Assembly: GCA_016839555.1 (NCBI GenBank)
Contig: JAEOUA010000006.1
Coordinates: 256,001 to 320,000, forward strand
DNA: 64,000 bases
Source: Promethearchaeota archaeon
GTDB lineage: Archaea; Asgardarchaeota; Lokiarchaeia; Sigyniarchaeales; SOKP01
Direction of reading: 5' to 3'
In this document: positions 1 to 10,578 of the stretch, piece after piece
Layout: the number at the start of each line of letters is the position of its first letter
How positions within the stretch are numbered: position 1 is the first letter of the stretch
Made by a program: the position numbers and the translations under genes
Notes under the pieces: generated by a model
Told to the model about the DNA's origin: nothing
Seen by the model: the letters and a program-made list of their open reading frames with translations, nothing else
Databases searched by the model: none

Positions 1-366
1 CACCCCGATTGTGTCACTATAATCGAAATATTTAGCTTGAGGTAAACGCCCGTGTTCATCACGTTTAATTTTAATTTGTTCTGCTGGATAAAAGATGGCA
101 TTCTTTAAACATTTTTGTTTTTTTAGGTTTTTAATAAACACAGATTCCACTTTTCCGGGTAAAATCGTGTCAATCCATAGCACCATTCCATATAATATAT
201 TTCCATCAGGTACTTCAATAAGCCTATCTCCGCACTGGATGGATTCTAATAGTATAAAATCCCTCATAATAGTAACTTTTAACCCAAAAGATAATCCAAT
301 ATATCTAGAGCCATCTAAATAATCCGATATGTTTTTAAAGAAACATAAATATGAAAGCCTTTTCAT
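1..366 (-). CDS. Hypothetical protein, truncated by the window edge (MKRLSYLCFF...DEHGRLPQAKYFDYSDTIGV)
   Basis: Manual translation: open frame from ATG at 366 to position 1 with no stop; not in the ORF track; no family recognised. Confidence 0.55.
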   Translation of the reverse strand, partial: MKRLSYLCFFKNISDYLDGSRYIGLSFGLKVTIMRDFILLESIQCGDRLIEVPDGNILYGMVLWIDTILPGKVESVFIKNLKKQKCLKNAIFYPAEQIKIKRDEHGRLPQAKYFDYSDTIGV

Positions 367-688
367 ATATTCATATATATAAAAACCCATTTATATATAA
401 AGGCTGAGGGATCATATTTAAGTAAAAAAAAGAGAAGAAGAGAGTTTAAATCCGAATCTTTTTTGAAGAAAAAGTTTATATTAAACTTATTTTTAATTAT
501 TTTTAGTTTAATAGAGGGCGAAATCCAATGTTGGATTCGGATTCATCACTTCCTCAGCTTTAATTTATTAATATTAACATATATTTATATAATTTTATTT
601 TATTTTATATATGTTCTACCATCACGAACAAATAAAAATCTATATATCATTTAGATTAATTATATAGTTAACATTTTGGATTATAATT

Positions 689-814
689 ATGAAAAAAAGA
701 TGCAAAAAATGTGGGATGATACGTGCTTTGAAAGACTTAGTTCATTTAGCTGACAATACCTATCTCTGTTTTTCATGTTGGAACAAACAAAATAAAGCTG
801 AAGACGAGAAATAG
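689..814 (+). CDS. 41-aa zinc-finger micro-protein
   Basis: Manual translation MKKRCKKCGMIRALKDLVHLADNTYLCFSCWNKQNKAEDEK*, two CxxC motifs; below the ORF-track cutoff. Confidence 0.7.
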   Translation: MKKRCKKCGMIRALKDLVHLADNTYLCFSCWNKQNKAEDEK

Positions 815-909
815 ATTGATATATCTCTTTATTATGGCAAAATATAAGTATATAAATGAACTTAAAGAAAACTTTTTGAAATGGGAAAGCTGTTATTTGA
901 GTTTACATT

Positions 910-1128
910 TTAATAGTCAAGAAGATATGTGTATTTTGGTAAATCAAACGGTTCAATTATAATTTTCTCTTGAGAAGCCTTTTCATCTGGAAGAGGTAGA
1001 GGTATTTTAATGACTAATTTCTCATTTTTAAGATAGATATTATCATAAAATATTTCTGTTTTTTTATCCAAGTCAATAAATTTACTTATGTTAATATCCT
1101 CTTTCTTTAAAGGTTCTAGGAAAGCCAC
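910..1128 (-). CDS. Small hypothetical protein (72 aa), paralog of 52700..52876
   Basis: GGAGG upstream of GTG; clear similarity to a second micro-ORF in this window. Confidence 0.7.
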   Translation of the reverse strand: MAFLEPLKKEDINISKFIDLDKKTEIFYDNIYLKNEKLVIKIPLPLPDEKASQEKIIIEPFDLPKYTYLLDY

Positions 1129-1380
1129 CTATTTATTTCCTCCCTCTTTTTCGAGCTTAATTAATTTAGGGAACCGAATCATTACATTTTGACTGTTACT
1201 CGGCCCTTAATAAAGTCTAGCGCATTAAATTTACGCATTGGACTTGATTTCAAATAGATTTTGGAATAAATTTAAAATCCACATATTATATGAATACTTT
1301 AATATTTAAATTTAACCCGAATATTTTATATTTTTAAATGAAATTATTAATAAGTTTTGAAATTTTTATAGGTATAAGAT

Positions 1381-3357
1381 ATGGATAAAGGTTATTTTGG
1401 TAAGATTTTATGGATAAATCTCTCTCAGGGAGAGATAGAGTTCAAAGACATAAATATTTCCGATGAAACATATCGTCAATATATTGGGGGTTATGGATTA
1501 GGTTGTAAAATTTTATTTGAGCATATGAAGCCCAAAATTGATCCATTTAGTGAGAATTCTTTATTAGGATTTTTTCCAGGATTATTAACTGGTACAATGG
1601 CTTCATTAACCGGAAGGTATATGGTAGTGGGAAAATCTCCATTAACAGGATCCTGGGGTGATGCAAACAGTGGGGGAACCTTTGGTCCTGAGATTAAGAA
1701 ATGCGGCTATGATGGAATTATTATAGAAGGGAAAGCAGATACTCCGAAATATGTTTCAATAATAGAAGGACAGAAAGAGATTATAGATGCTTCTGAAATT
1801 TGGGGCTCAAATATTGTCACGGCAGAAGAGAGGCTACAAGAAAAGCATGGGAAATATATCAAAACAGCAGGAATAGGACAGGCAGGAGAAAAACTCTCAA
1901 AGATATCTGGAATCGTTAACGATCGAGGGCGAATAGCAGCCCGATGTGGTCTAGGCGCGATAATGGGATCGAAAAACCTTAAAGCGTTAATCTTAAAAGG
2001 ATCTGAAAAAATCCCGATATATGACAAGAAAAGACTTATAGATTTAACAAAAGAATATAATAAGGTGGTAGGCCAAGAAGAACCGGGATTCTTTTCTAAA
2101 TTAATCTTAAATATTATACCAAACATGGGAAAATTATTGCGTCGATTAGGTGTAAATATGGCTGGATCGGGAGGATTAGTAAGGACTATTTATCATAATT
2201 TTGGGACCTCCCTTGCTAATACTTTGAGTGCTGAAATAGGAGACTCACCAGTGAAGAATTGGGGGGGAATAGGTCAGTATGATTTTCCCATGGAAAAATC
2301 CAAAGCAATCTCAGCAAATGAAATTATAGAATACAAATTAAAGGAGTATGGGTGTTTTAGTTGTCCAATACAATGCGGGGGGATTTGTAAGGTTCCCGAG
2401 CTTGATCTTGAGGAGACACATCAGCCAGAATATGAGACTTGTGCTGCTTTTGGAACGATGCTTCTTAATAATGATTTAATGTCATTATTTAAGATAAATG
2501 AGATGTGTAATCGAGCGGGATTAGATACTATTTCTACGGGCACTACTGTTGCATTTGCAATTGAATGTTTTGAGAATGGAATATTAAATTTGGAAGATAC
2601 TGATGGCTTAGATTTAAGCTGGGGAAATTCAGAAGCCATTGTAGCCATAGTAAAAAAAATTATAGATAGAGAGGGTATCGGGGATCTTTTAGCGGATGGG
2701 GTGAAAATTGCTGCTCAAAAGATTGGGAAAGGAAGTGAGAAATATGCTATAGAATCAATGGGTCAAGAAATTGCAATGCACAACCCCAGATTGTTAAACT
2801 CATTAGCGTTTTCATATGCATACGATCCCACTCCGGGACGACATACGACAGCAAGCATTGACTATCTTGAGATGGCTAAAATTGATAAGAATAAATATAT
2901 TGAGGGTTTTTCTTACCCGAAAGGGTGGAAGAAAGAAGATAAAAAGAAAGTTAAAGCACAAAAGCTGACTACAGAACTCCATCAAATTATAAGTTGTGCC
3001 GGATTATGCCAATTTACGAGCTTCTTTGGAAAATATCCCTTGGTAGAATTTATTAATGCATATACTGGCTGGGATATTAGCTTGGAAGAATTACTTAGGA
3101 GTGGATATAGGATCCAGACTCTTCGCCAAGCTTTCGCAGTAAGAGAGGGAATAAATTTTGGGGAGAATGAATTACCAGGGAGGGTAACTGGACATCCTCC
3201 CGATGAGAGGGGTCCTACGAAAGGGATTTCTGTTGAATATAAGCAATTTTATCGTGATTATTGCAAGGAAATGGGATGGAATGAGGAAAATGGATATCCT
3301 CTTAAAGAAACCCTTAATAAATTAGATTTAGAATTTGCTATAAAGGATCTCTACTGA
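1381..3357 (+). CDS. aor: Aldehyde:ferredoxin oxidoreductase family (tungstopterin)
   Basis: KSPLTG, DANSGG, AARCGLGAIMGSKNLKA, CFSCPIQC, EYET, GLDTISTG motifs. Confidence 0.93.
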   Translation: MDKGYFGKILWINLSQGEIEFKDINISDETYRQYIGGYGLGCKILFEHMKPKIDPFSENSLLGFFPGLLTGTMASLTGRYMVVGKSPLTGSWGDANSGGTFGPEIKKCGYDGIIIEGKADTPKYVSIIEGQKEIIDASEIWGSNIVTAEERLQEKHGKYIKTAGIGQAGEKLSKISGIVNDRGRIAARCGLGAIMGSKNLKALILKGSEKIPIYDKKRLIDLTKEYNKVVGQEEPGFFSKLILNIIPNMGKLLRRLGVNMAGSGGLVRTIYHNFGTSLANTLSAEIGDSPVKNWGGIGQYDFPMEKSKAISANEIIEYKLKEYGCFSCPIQCGGICKVPELDLEETHQPEYETCAAFGTMLLNNDLMSLFKINEMCNRAGLDTISTGTTVAFAIECFENGILNLEDTDGLDLSWGNSEAIVAIVKKIIDREGIGDLLADGVKIAAQKIGKGSEKYAIESMGQEIAMHNPRLLNSLAFSYAYDPTPGRHTTASIDYLEMAKIDKNKYIEGFSYPKGWKKEDKKKVKAQKLTTELHQIISCAGLCQFTSFFGKYPLVEFINAYTGWDISLEELLRSGYRIQTLRQAFAVREGINFGENELPGRVTGHPPDERGPTKGISVEYKQFYRDYCKEMGWNEENGYPLKETLNKLDLEFAIKDLY

Positions 3358-3412
3358 AATTTTCTTTTGTTTTATAAAATTTTATCAATCAGAAATCAGA
3401 AGAATAAATAGG

Positions 3413-3850
3413 ATGACTAAAAGAGAATTAGATCAATTTATAAAAAATTTAAATAAAAATAAATTAAAATCAGCAAGAAGATTCTCTGCTATTTCGGAAG
3501 TTCGAAATAAAGAGAGATTTCGGTTAAAAGTAAAAAATATATATATCCTTAAAGATATCCTTAAAGATACATATTTAATGGTTGTAAAGAACTATAAAAA
3601 AGACCCGAAATATAGATATTTCCTCGCCCACTCCTTAGCGTCTGTGAGTTCCGATTTGCTGGTTTATTTAGCTAAGGATTTTGCGGTAGAGCATGACCTT
3701 AAATTAATCCAATACAGTTTATATCCAAAACTTTTACGTTTGAACTTATTAAGTCTAAAAGAAATAATAGATATTGAAAATTACTCCAATATACTCACTC
3801 TTTTTAAGGAGTTTGACGATATCTTTAAAAAGAGATTAAAAAATATATAA
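3413..3850 (+). CDS. Hypothetical protein
   Basis: 145-aa ORF co-oriented between aor and pyk. Confidence 0.65.
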   Translation: MTKRELDQFIKNLNKNKLKSARRFSAISEVRNKERFRLKVKNIYILKDILKDTYLMVVKNYKKDPKYRYFLAHSLASVSSDLLVYLAKDFAVEHDLKLIQYSLYPKLLRLNLLSLKEIIDIENYSNILTLFKEFDDIFKKRLKNI

Positions 3851-3949
3851 AAGTTGATAATAAAAAACAAATAATTTTTAATGAATCTCTTTCAATAATT
3901 ATATTAACAAAATTATAAAGATTTTAAGAAATAGTTCGAGACCGATATT

Positions 3950-5410
3950 ATGTCTTTTCGTGAAAATACTATAAAAATAATTGCAACCTTAGGACCTGTG
4001 AGTGAAAACGAAGACACAATTAAAGATTTAATTAAAGCAGGAGTTGATATTTTTAGATTAAACTTTTCCCATGGTACTTATGAAGAAAAGGAAACTATTA
4101 TAAAAAAAATTAGAAAAATTAATAATAATGTTGCTATTATAGCTGATATTCAAGGCCCAAAAATTAGGGTGGGGAATTTTAAGAACGATGAATCCTTTCA
4201 TTTAACTACAGGAGAAGAGATTAAAATCTATGAAAAAGATATTTTAGGAGATAAAGGGCAATTTTCTATTCCTTTAGAAGGATTCTTGAATTCTATAGAT
4301 CAAGGAGATGTATTTTTCGTAAACGATGGAATAATTAAAATCAAGGTTAAAGAAAAAAAAGAAGAATATTTGATTGGAGAAATCCTAACAGGAGGAAATA
4401 TAAGTAGCAATAAAGGTGTAAATATTCCTTCTGGGGAATTAAAGCAGAAAGTTCCCACAGAAAAGGACATCAAAGATCTAGAATTCATTGCTACATTAAA
4501 TGTGGAATATGTTGCTATCTCATTTGTTTCAGGAGGAGATGACGTATTACGAGTTAAAAAACTTCTTGAAAATCAAGGGAATACTGATATTAAACTTATT
4601 TCTAAGATTGAACGTAGCGCAGCATTAGATAATTTTGATCAAATCCTCGAGGTATCTGATGCTATCATGGTGGCTCGAGGTGATTTAGGAGTAGAAATTT
4701 CGCCCGATCAAGTCCCACTAAAGCAAAAAGAATTAATTTATAGGTGTAATAGGGAGGGAAAACCAGTTATTGTTGCTACTCAAATGTTGGAGTCCATGAC
4801 TAACTCTCCCATACCTACTCGAGCAGAGGCTGCTGATGTGTTTAATGCCGTACTGGACGGTACAGATGCTGTAATGCTTTCCGGAGAAACTGCCATAGGA
4901 AAATATCCTATAAATGCGGTGCTTTTTATGAATCGTATTGCATATACCGCTAATGAAAACATGCCCATGAGGATCCCGGATGAATATGATTCTGATAGAT
5001 TAACCCATACTCAGACTTTGGGACATGCGATTCATTCATTAGCAAAAGAAATGCAAGAACTTAATTTTCGTGGCAAGATTCTTGTTATTACTCGTGGTGG
5101 TTATGGCGCTCGCATGATCTCTAAATATAGACCTCATTTACCCATCATAGCAATAACACCTTTTAAAAAAACTGCTCGAGAATTAAATCTTGTATATGGA
5201 GTCCAACCATATCATATTGCAAATATCGATTTCTTTCAAATGGACGCAGAAAGTATTATTACACATTCGGTAAGATATGCTGTCAATATAGGAGCGGTAG
5301 ACGAGAATGAACATGTCATTATTTTATTGGTATCGAGGAAATATGAGGAAAGGGGAAACCTCGTTGGGCTTTATTATGTTGGAGAAATCTTAGAAAAATC
5401 CAATAAATAA
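3950..5410 (+). CDS. pyk: Pyruvate kinase
   Basis: IATLGP, RLNFSHG, KIE, MVARGDLG, ATQMLESM, PTRAE, MLSGETA. Confidence 0.97.
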   Translation: MSFRENTIKIIATLGPVSENEDTIKDLIKAGVDIFRLNFSHGTYEEKETIIKKIRKINNNVAIIADIQGPKIRVGNFKNDESFHLTTGEEIKIYEKDILGDKGQFSIPLEGFLNSIDQGDVFFVNDGIIKIKVKEKKEEYLIGEILTGGNISSNKGVNIPSGELKQKVPTEKDIKDLEFIATLNVEYVAISFVSGGDDVLRVKKLLENQGNTDIKLISKIERSAALDNFDQILEVSDAIMVARGDLGVEISPDQVPLKQKELIYRCNREGKPVIVATQMLESMTNSPIPTRAEAADVFNAVLDGTDAVMLSGETAIGKYPINAVLFMNRIAYTANENMPMRIPDEYDSDRLTHTQTLGHAIHSLAKEMQELNFRGKILVITRGGYGARMISKYRPHLPIIAITPFKKTARELNLVYGVQPYHIANIDFFQMDAESIITHSVRYAVNIGAVDENEHVIILLVSRKYEERGNLVGLYYVGEILEKSNK

Positions 5411-5533
5411 GAATAGAATAAATTAATAGAACAAAGCTATTCTTTTTTATTAAAGGTCGACAAATTTGTAGGCATAAAAGATAAAGATACAACCCTATAG
5501 TTATAATTAGATTAAAAAAAGAAAAAAAATTAA

Positions 5534-6433
5534 TTATTCATTTCCAGATATAAAAATATTTCCAGTGATAATAGCGCACAAGAATTCATAATTGTGTTCT
5601 GCCGGATGATTTGACGATCTATATTCATTTGTAATTCCTGAAACAGCATAATTTAAGAATTCGGCACTTACATTATTACTTGTATCAGAATACTCTATAA
5701 ATATATTCCCTGTAACTATTCCTATGATTCCATCTACATTCGAATTCATAGCTTCATGTTGATTAATACTAAAAAAGATATTCCCGGTTATTCCGTAAAT
5801 ATCGAAATTACAATCATATTGATATGTAGAATTAAGGGATGAGACACTTATTAGTCCATTTATTACTCCAATAGACACATCTCCACCCAGAATTGCATTG
5901 GTAAGATCAGCTTTAATATTTCCTGTGGTACTGAAGAGTCGTAAATTATTAATTTCATTATTTCCAGGAAAGGAAGTAAAAATATTTCCACTCACCGTTG
6001 ACAATTGCACCGTTCCTAAAGAAACATTTTCTGGGACGTTCAGTAATATCGAGCCGTTATTGATAAAAATATTCAGATTATATTTTATATCCGTACGTAA
6101 TTGAACTTTAAGAATTTCTGTTTTTTCAGGAATAAGTATTGTTGATTGATTTTGAGTTTGATAGCTAAATTGAGGGATTCCGATCATATTTTCATAGCCT
6201 AATTGTACAATAAGCTTTTCCTCCATTGGCGTGCTATTATAGCCAACAATCACATCACAAACTCCCACGTCAATCAAAAGATCTTCGTAAGATCCCTGTG
6301 TTTTTGAATAAATATAATTTTGCGAGGGCTCCGAATTTGCTATTGCAGCATACACAAAATAGGATGACACCAAAATACCAGTCGTGATTAATGCCGCAAC
6401 GATTAATATTGGGATTGCTATTTTTTTTTTCAT
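5534..6433 (-). CDS. Membrane-anchored beta-strand repeat protein (DUF4097/adhesin-like)
   Basis: N-terminal TM helix; repeated (S/T)GNI units. Confidence 0.65.
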   Translation of the reverse strand: MKKKIAIPILIVAALITTGILVSSYFVYAAIANSEPSQNYIYSKTQGSYEDLLIDVGVCDVIVGYNSTPMEEKLIVQLGYENMIGIPQFSYQTQNQSTILIPEKTEILKVQLRTDIKYNLNIFINNGSILLNVPENVSLGTVQLSTVSGNIFTSFPGNNEINNLRLFSTTGNIKADLTNAILGGDVSIGVINGLISVSSLNSTYQYDCNFDIYGITGNIFFSINQHEAMNSNVDGIIGIVTGNIFIEYSDTSNNVSAEFLNYAVSGITNEYRSSNHPAEHNYEFLCAIITGNIFISGNE

Positions 6434-6759
6434 TTTTTTTTAGATTTCGAATAAGTAATTTACTTATGTTGAAGATATCTGATTTTATTTTTAAATTAAA
6501 TTTAAGCCAATCTTTGTCAATTGGTGCATTTTAATTTTTTGGTAAAACCACCATAAAAAAAAAAGATTTAATGATTTTCTTTAAAAAAAGTCATTTATTT
6601 CCTATAAGAAATTCTTTCGATCATTTTTTATAGCATAATTAACCATTAAGATATACTTATAGATTCAGAACATAATATTTAAATAGTTGAAATTATTTTG
6701 TAATAATAAGGATGATGTAAAGAATCGATTTACATCAAAACCTTTACAAAAAAAAACGA

Positions 6760-7422
6760 TTGATAAAAATGGTATTTGGAAACAAATTCGATAAAATATT
6801 CGATCCTCAAAAAAATTTACGTTCAAATGACCGAAAGAATAGCATAACATTAGAAGAATTAGAAAAGCTTAAAGAAAACGCGAAAAAATATATTTCTTGT
6901 AAAAATAAAAATGAAGAATTAACCCGAAAAAATAAGGAATTAGAGGAAAAAATTAAAGTTCTGTCAGAAAAAGTCGACGAATTAAAAGATAAAAACGAAA
7001 ATTATTTACAGCGATTGCAAAGACTTCAAGCTGATTTCGAAAATTATAGAAAACGCATAGATCGAGATAATGCTAATCACAAACGATATGCAACAGAGAG
7101 GATTCTTAAAAAGTTAATTAATCATTATGATGATTTGAAAAGGGCAAAGAAAGTAATTAATGCTCTTAAGGTCGAAGATTCGGTGAAGAAAGGATTTGAA
7201 ATGATTACTAAGAATTTTAAAAAGTTATTAGAGGAAGAAGGAGTAAAAGCTATGAAGTGCGAAGGTGAAAAATTTGATCCGTATAAACATGATGCAATGA
7301 TGGTAATGCAAAACGAAAGTGTTCCAGAAAATACAGTACTTGAAGAATTAGAAAAGGGATATTATTTTGATAAAGAGGTCTTACGACCAGCAAAAGTAGT
7401 GGTTTCCAAAAAATCATGTTAA
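6760..7422 (+). CDS. grpE: Nucleotide exchange factor GrpE
   Basis: RLQADFENYRKR, FDPYKHDA, GY...VLRPAKVVV. Confidence 0.96.
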   Translation: MIKMVFGNKFDKIFDPQKNLRSNDRKNSITLEELEKLKENAKKYISCKNKNEELTRKNKELEEKIKVLSEKVDELKDKNENYLQRLQRLQADFENYRKRIDRDNANHKRYATERILKKLINHYDDLKRAKKVINALKVEDSVKKGFEMITKNFKKLLEEEGVKAMKCEGEKFDPYKHDAMMVMQNESVPENTVLEELEKGYYFDKEVLRPAKVVVSKKSC

Positions 7423-7511
7423 TTTAATTATTTAAATTAAAAATAAAGTAGAAAAACCAAAATATAAAAATTTATAAATAAAAATTAAAAAACTATAAGG
7501 AGTGAAAAATT

Positions 7512-9422
7512 ATGGGAAAAATTATTGGTATTGACTTAGGAACTTCTAACTCTGCAGCCGCTGTATTAAGCGGAGGGAGTCCAGAGATTATTCCTAGTAA
7601 AGAAGGAGTAACATTATACGGAAAAGCGTTTCCATCGGTAGTTGCATTCACCAAGGATGGACAAAGAATAGTTGGAGAACCTGCAAGACGACAAGCGATA
7701 TCTAATCCAGAGAGAACAATTACTGGTATTAAAAGGAAGATGGGAACTTCTTATACTGTAGAGATTGACGGTAAAGACTATACACCACAGGAAATTTCAG
7801 CAATGATCTTACGAAAAATAAAAGAAGACGCAAGCGATTATTTGGGAGAAGAAGTAACTGACGTGATTATCACCGTTCCTGCGTATTTTAATGATAATCA
7901 AAGACAAGCAACCAAGGATGCAGGTAAAATTGCGGGATTTAATGTTCGAAGATTAATCAATGAGCCTACTGCTGCTGCGGTGGCATTTGGATTAGATAAG
8001 AAAGGACAACACCTTAACATCGCAGTATTAGACTTAGGAGGTGGTACATTCGATGTTACCATTATGGAAATGGACGATCGAGTCTTTGAAGTTATTTCTA
8101 CTGCAGGCGACACTCAATTGGGAGGTCGCGATATGGATGATTTGTTAGTGGATTACATTGTCGAGGACTTTAAGAAACAGGAAGGAATCGATTTAAAAGA
8201 AGATAAGATGGCTTTACAGAGAGTTAAAGAAGCCGCAGAAAAAGCTAAAATCGAGCTCTCAACAGTTTTAAAGACCGAGATTAACTTACCATACATAACT
8301 GCTACAAATACTGGACCAAAACATCTCACTATGGAAATTACAAGAGCGAAGTTAGAGCAATTAATCCAACCAGTTTTAAAAAGATTGGAAGGACCAATTA
8401 AGAAAGCAATAAGAGATGCGGGGATGAAGAGTGAAGAAATTGATAAGGTGATCCTTGTTGGCGGACCGACTAGAATGCCTTCTGTACAAGAAAAATTCAA
8501 GGAATTTTTAGGTACAAAACCGGAGGGAGGAATTGATCCGATGGAATGTGTCGCGATGGGAGCTGCTATTCAAGGAGGAGTGCTTACCGGCGAAGTTAAA
8601 GACTTACTTCTATTAGATGTGACACCTTTATCTTTAGGAGTAGAAACCCTTGGTGGCGTATTTACGAAATTGATTGATCGAAACACCACAATTCCAACGC
8701 AAGCGACTGAAACATTTACTACAGCTGCCGACAATCAAACAGCAGTCGAAATCAATGTATTACAAGGAGAACGTCCACAAGCGAAAGATAATATTTCTTT
8801 AGGAAAATTTCATTTAACGGGAATTCCACCTGCTCCACGAGGAATACCACAAATTAAAGTGAGTTTTGATATAGATGCTGATGGGATATTGAATGTGACT
8901 GCTCAGGATAAAGCGACTGGTAAATCTCAATCTATTACCATTACTGCCTCTACTAAGATGAATGATGACGAGATTGAGCAAAAAGTCAGAGAAGCAGAGC
9001 GATATGCTGAAGAAGATAAAAAATTCAAAGAACTTGTTGAAACGAGAAATATGGGTGAATCTTTAGTTTATCAAGCGGAGAAAATCCTAAAAGAAAATGC
9101 GGGACTTGTTGGGGATCTCAAAGATAGCATTGAGAAAAAGATTGAAAATCTTAAGGATGTTTTGCAATCTGACAGTAAGCAAAAGATTCAGAGCGCGATT
9201 GACGAATTACAGAAAGCTTTACATGAAGTCTCTTCGAGGATGTATGGTCAAGGTCAGCAACCAGGACAATCATATCAAGGCGCACCTCCTGGAGGAATGG
9301 GAGGAACTCCAGGATCTACCTATAATACTGGAGGATCAAAAAAAACTCAGGACGAGATAGAAGAAGAGAAGTATAGAAGAGCCACAGGTCAAGACGACGT
9401 CGTAGACGCCGATTATGAGTAG
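7512..9422 (+). CDS. dnaK: Chaperone DnaK (Hsp70)
   Basis: [44 protein letters not shown]. Confidence 0.99.
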   Translation: MGKIIGIDLGTSNSAAAVLSGGSPEIIPSKEGVTLYGKAFPSVVAFTKDGQRIVGEPARRQAISNPERTITGIKRKMGTSYTVEIDGKDYTPQEISAMILRKIKEDASDYLGEEVTDVIITVPAYFNDNQRQATKDAGKIAGFNVRRLINEPTAAAVAFGLDKKGQHLNIAVLDLGGGTFDVTIMEMDDRVFEVISTAGDTQLGGRDMDDLLVDYIVEDFKKQEGIDLKEDKMALQRVKEAAEKAKIELSTVLKTEINLPYITATNTGPKHLTMEITRAKLEQLIQPVLKRLEGPIKKAIRDAGMKSEEIDKVILVGGPTRMPSVQEKFKEFLGTKPEGGIDPMECVAMGAAIQGGVLTGEVKDLLLLDVTPLSLGVETLGGVFTKLIDRNTTIPTQATETFTTAADNQTAVEINVLQGERPQAKDNISLGKFHLTGIPPAPRGIPQIKVSFDIDADGILNVTAQDKATGKSQSITITASTKMNDDEIEQKVREAERYAEEDKKFKELVETRNMGESLVYQAEKILKENAGLVGDLKDSIEKKIENLKDVLQSDSKQKIQSAIDELQKALHEVSSRMYGQGQQPGQSYQGAPPGGMGGTPGSTYNTGGSKKTQDEIEEEKYRRATGQDDVVDADYE

Positions 9423-9527
9423 AAATAAAAATTTTTTTTATTTTTTTTCAATTTTTTTTTGATTATTAATATCAAGATTATTATCTAACGATTATTATTA
9501 TCATTATAAGTAAGAGAGTTCAAATTT

Positions 9528-10562
9528 ATGCCAAAAAAAGATTATTATAAAGTATTAGGAGTCGATAAGAGTGCTTCCAAGGATGAGATAAAGCGAGCAT
9601 TCCGTAAAAAGGCACGAAAATATCATCCAGATGTTAATCCAGATGAACCACGATCGGGAGAAAAATTCAAGGAGATTAATGAGGCATATAGAATATTAAG
9701 CGATGATGAAAAAAGAGAAATGTATGATAAATTTGGTGTTGTAGAGGGCGAAATGCCTTCTCAAGATCAGTGGGGAGGATTTGGTGATACTGGTGAGGGA
9801 GGCGGAAGAGTGTATCGAACTCCTGATGGGAGAACAGTATATTATTCCACCTCTGGGTCTCCAGGAGGAGGATTTGATTTCAGCGATATTTTCGGAGGTG
9901 GAAGAGGTGGTGGAATAGGCGGAGGCTTCGATTTCTTCAGTGATTTAAAAGACATCTTCGATGTGTTTGGTGGAGGATCCAGAGGAGGAAGGAGAACTTC
10001 AGGGCAGCGCTATACCTCCCGAACGACTATGCCACGGGAAGGCGAGGATCTTAAATATGATATGTCGATAGATTTTATGGAAGCATATTATGGAGGAAAG
10101 AAAAGAATTCAATATCGAAATCCCACCACTGGGACAACTGAAACGCTAACAGTTAAGATTCCGCGAGGAATTATGGAAGGACAAAAATTACGATTAAAAG
10201 GCAAGGGAATGCCAGGAAGTGATGGAGGAAAGGCGGGAGATTTATATATAAATATTCATATCAACGACCATCCCGTTTTTGAAAGAAGAGGTGATGATAT
10301 TTATATAACTGAAGAAATTCCCTTTACCACCGCAGTTCTTGGAGGTAAAGTTTCCGTGCAGGGAATTGATAGAAGCTTAAATGTAACCGTTCCTGCGGGA
10401 ACAGAAGACTCCACCACATTACGCCTAAAAAACCAAGGATTTCCAAAAGTTAATTCGAACGAAAGGGGAAATTTAATGGTAAAAATTAAAATTAAAGTGC
10501 CCAGTAAATTAAATAAAAAACAAAAAGAGTTATTAAGACAATTAAAAGAAACTGGGTTATAG
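9528..10562 (+). CDS. dnaJ: DnaJ class B (CbpA-like, no zinc finger)
   Basis: J-domain with HPD, G/F-rich linker, C-terminal domains, no CxxCxGxG repeats. Confidence 0.93.
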   Translation: MPKKDYYKVLGVDKSASKDEIKRAFRKKARKYHPDVNPDEPRSGEKFKEINEAYRILSDDEKREMYDKFGVVEGEMPSQDQWGGFGDTGEGGGRVYRTPDGRTVYYSTSGSPGGGFDFSDIFGGGRGGGIGGGFDFFSDLKDIFDVFGGGSRGGRRTSGQRYTSRTTMPREGEDLKYDMSIDFMEAYYGGKKRIQYRNPTTGTTETLTVKIPRGIMEGQKLRLKGKGMPGSDGGKAGDLYINIHINDHPVFERRGDDIYITEEIPFTTAVLGGKVSVQGIDRSLNVTVPAGTEDSTTLRLKNQGFPKVNSNERGNLMVKIKIKVPSKLNKKQKELLRQLKETGL

Positions 10563-10578
10563 ATGAGGTGAATAAAGT

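Noticed and set aside
1129-1182. In-frame TAG between MIRFPKLIKLEKEGGNK and the 72-aa ORF (possible pyrrolysine or amber readthrough)
   Set aside because: A GGAGG SD serves the downstream GTG, the paralog at 52876 has no such extension, and no pyl genes are in the window
6434-6760. Heat-shock operator (CIRCE) upstream of grpE
   Set aside because: No TTAGCACTC-N9-GAGTGCTAA or convincing palindrome seen
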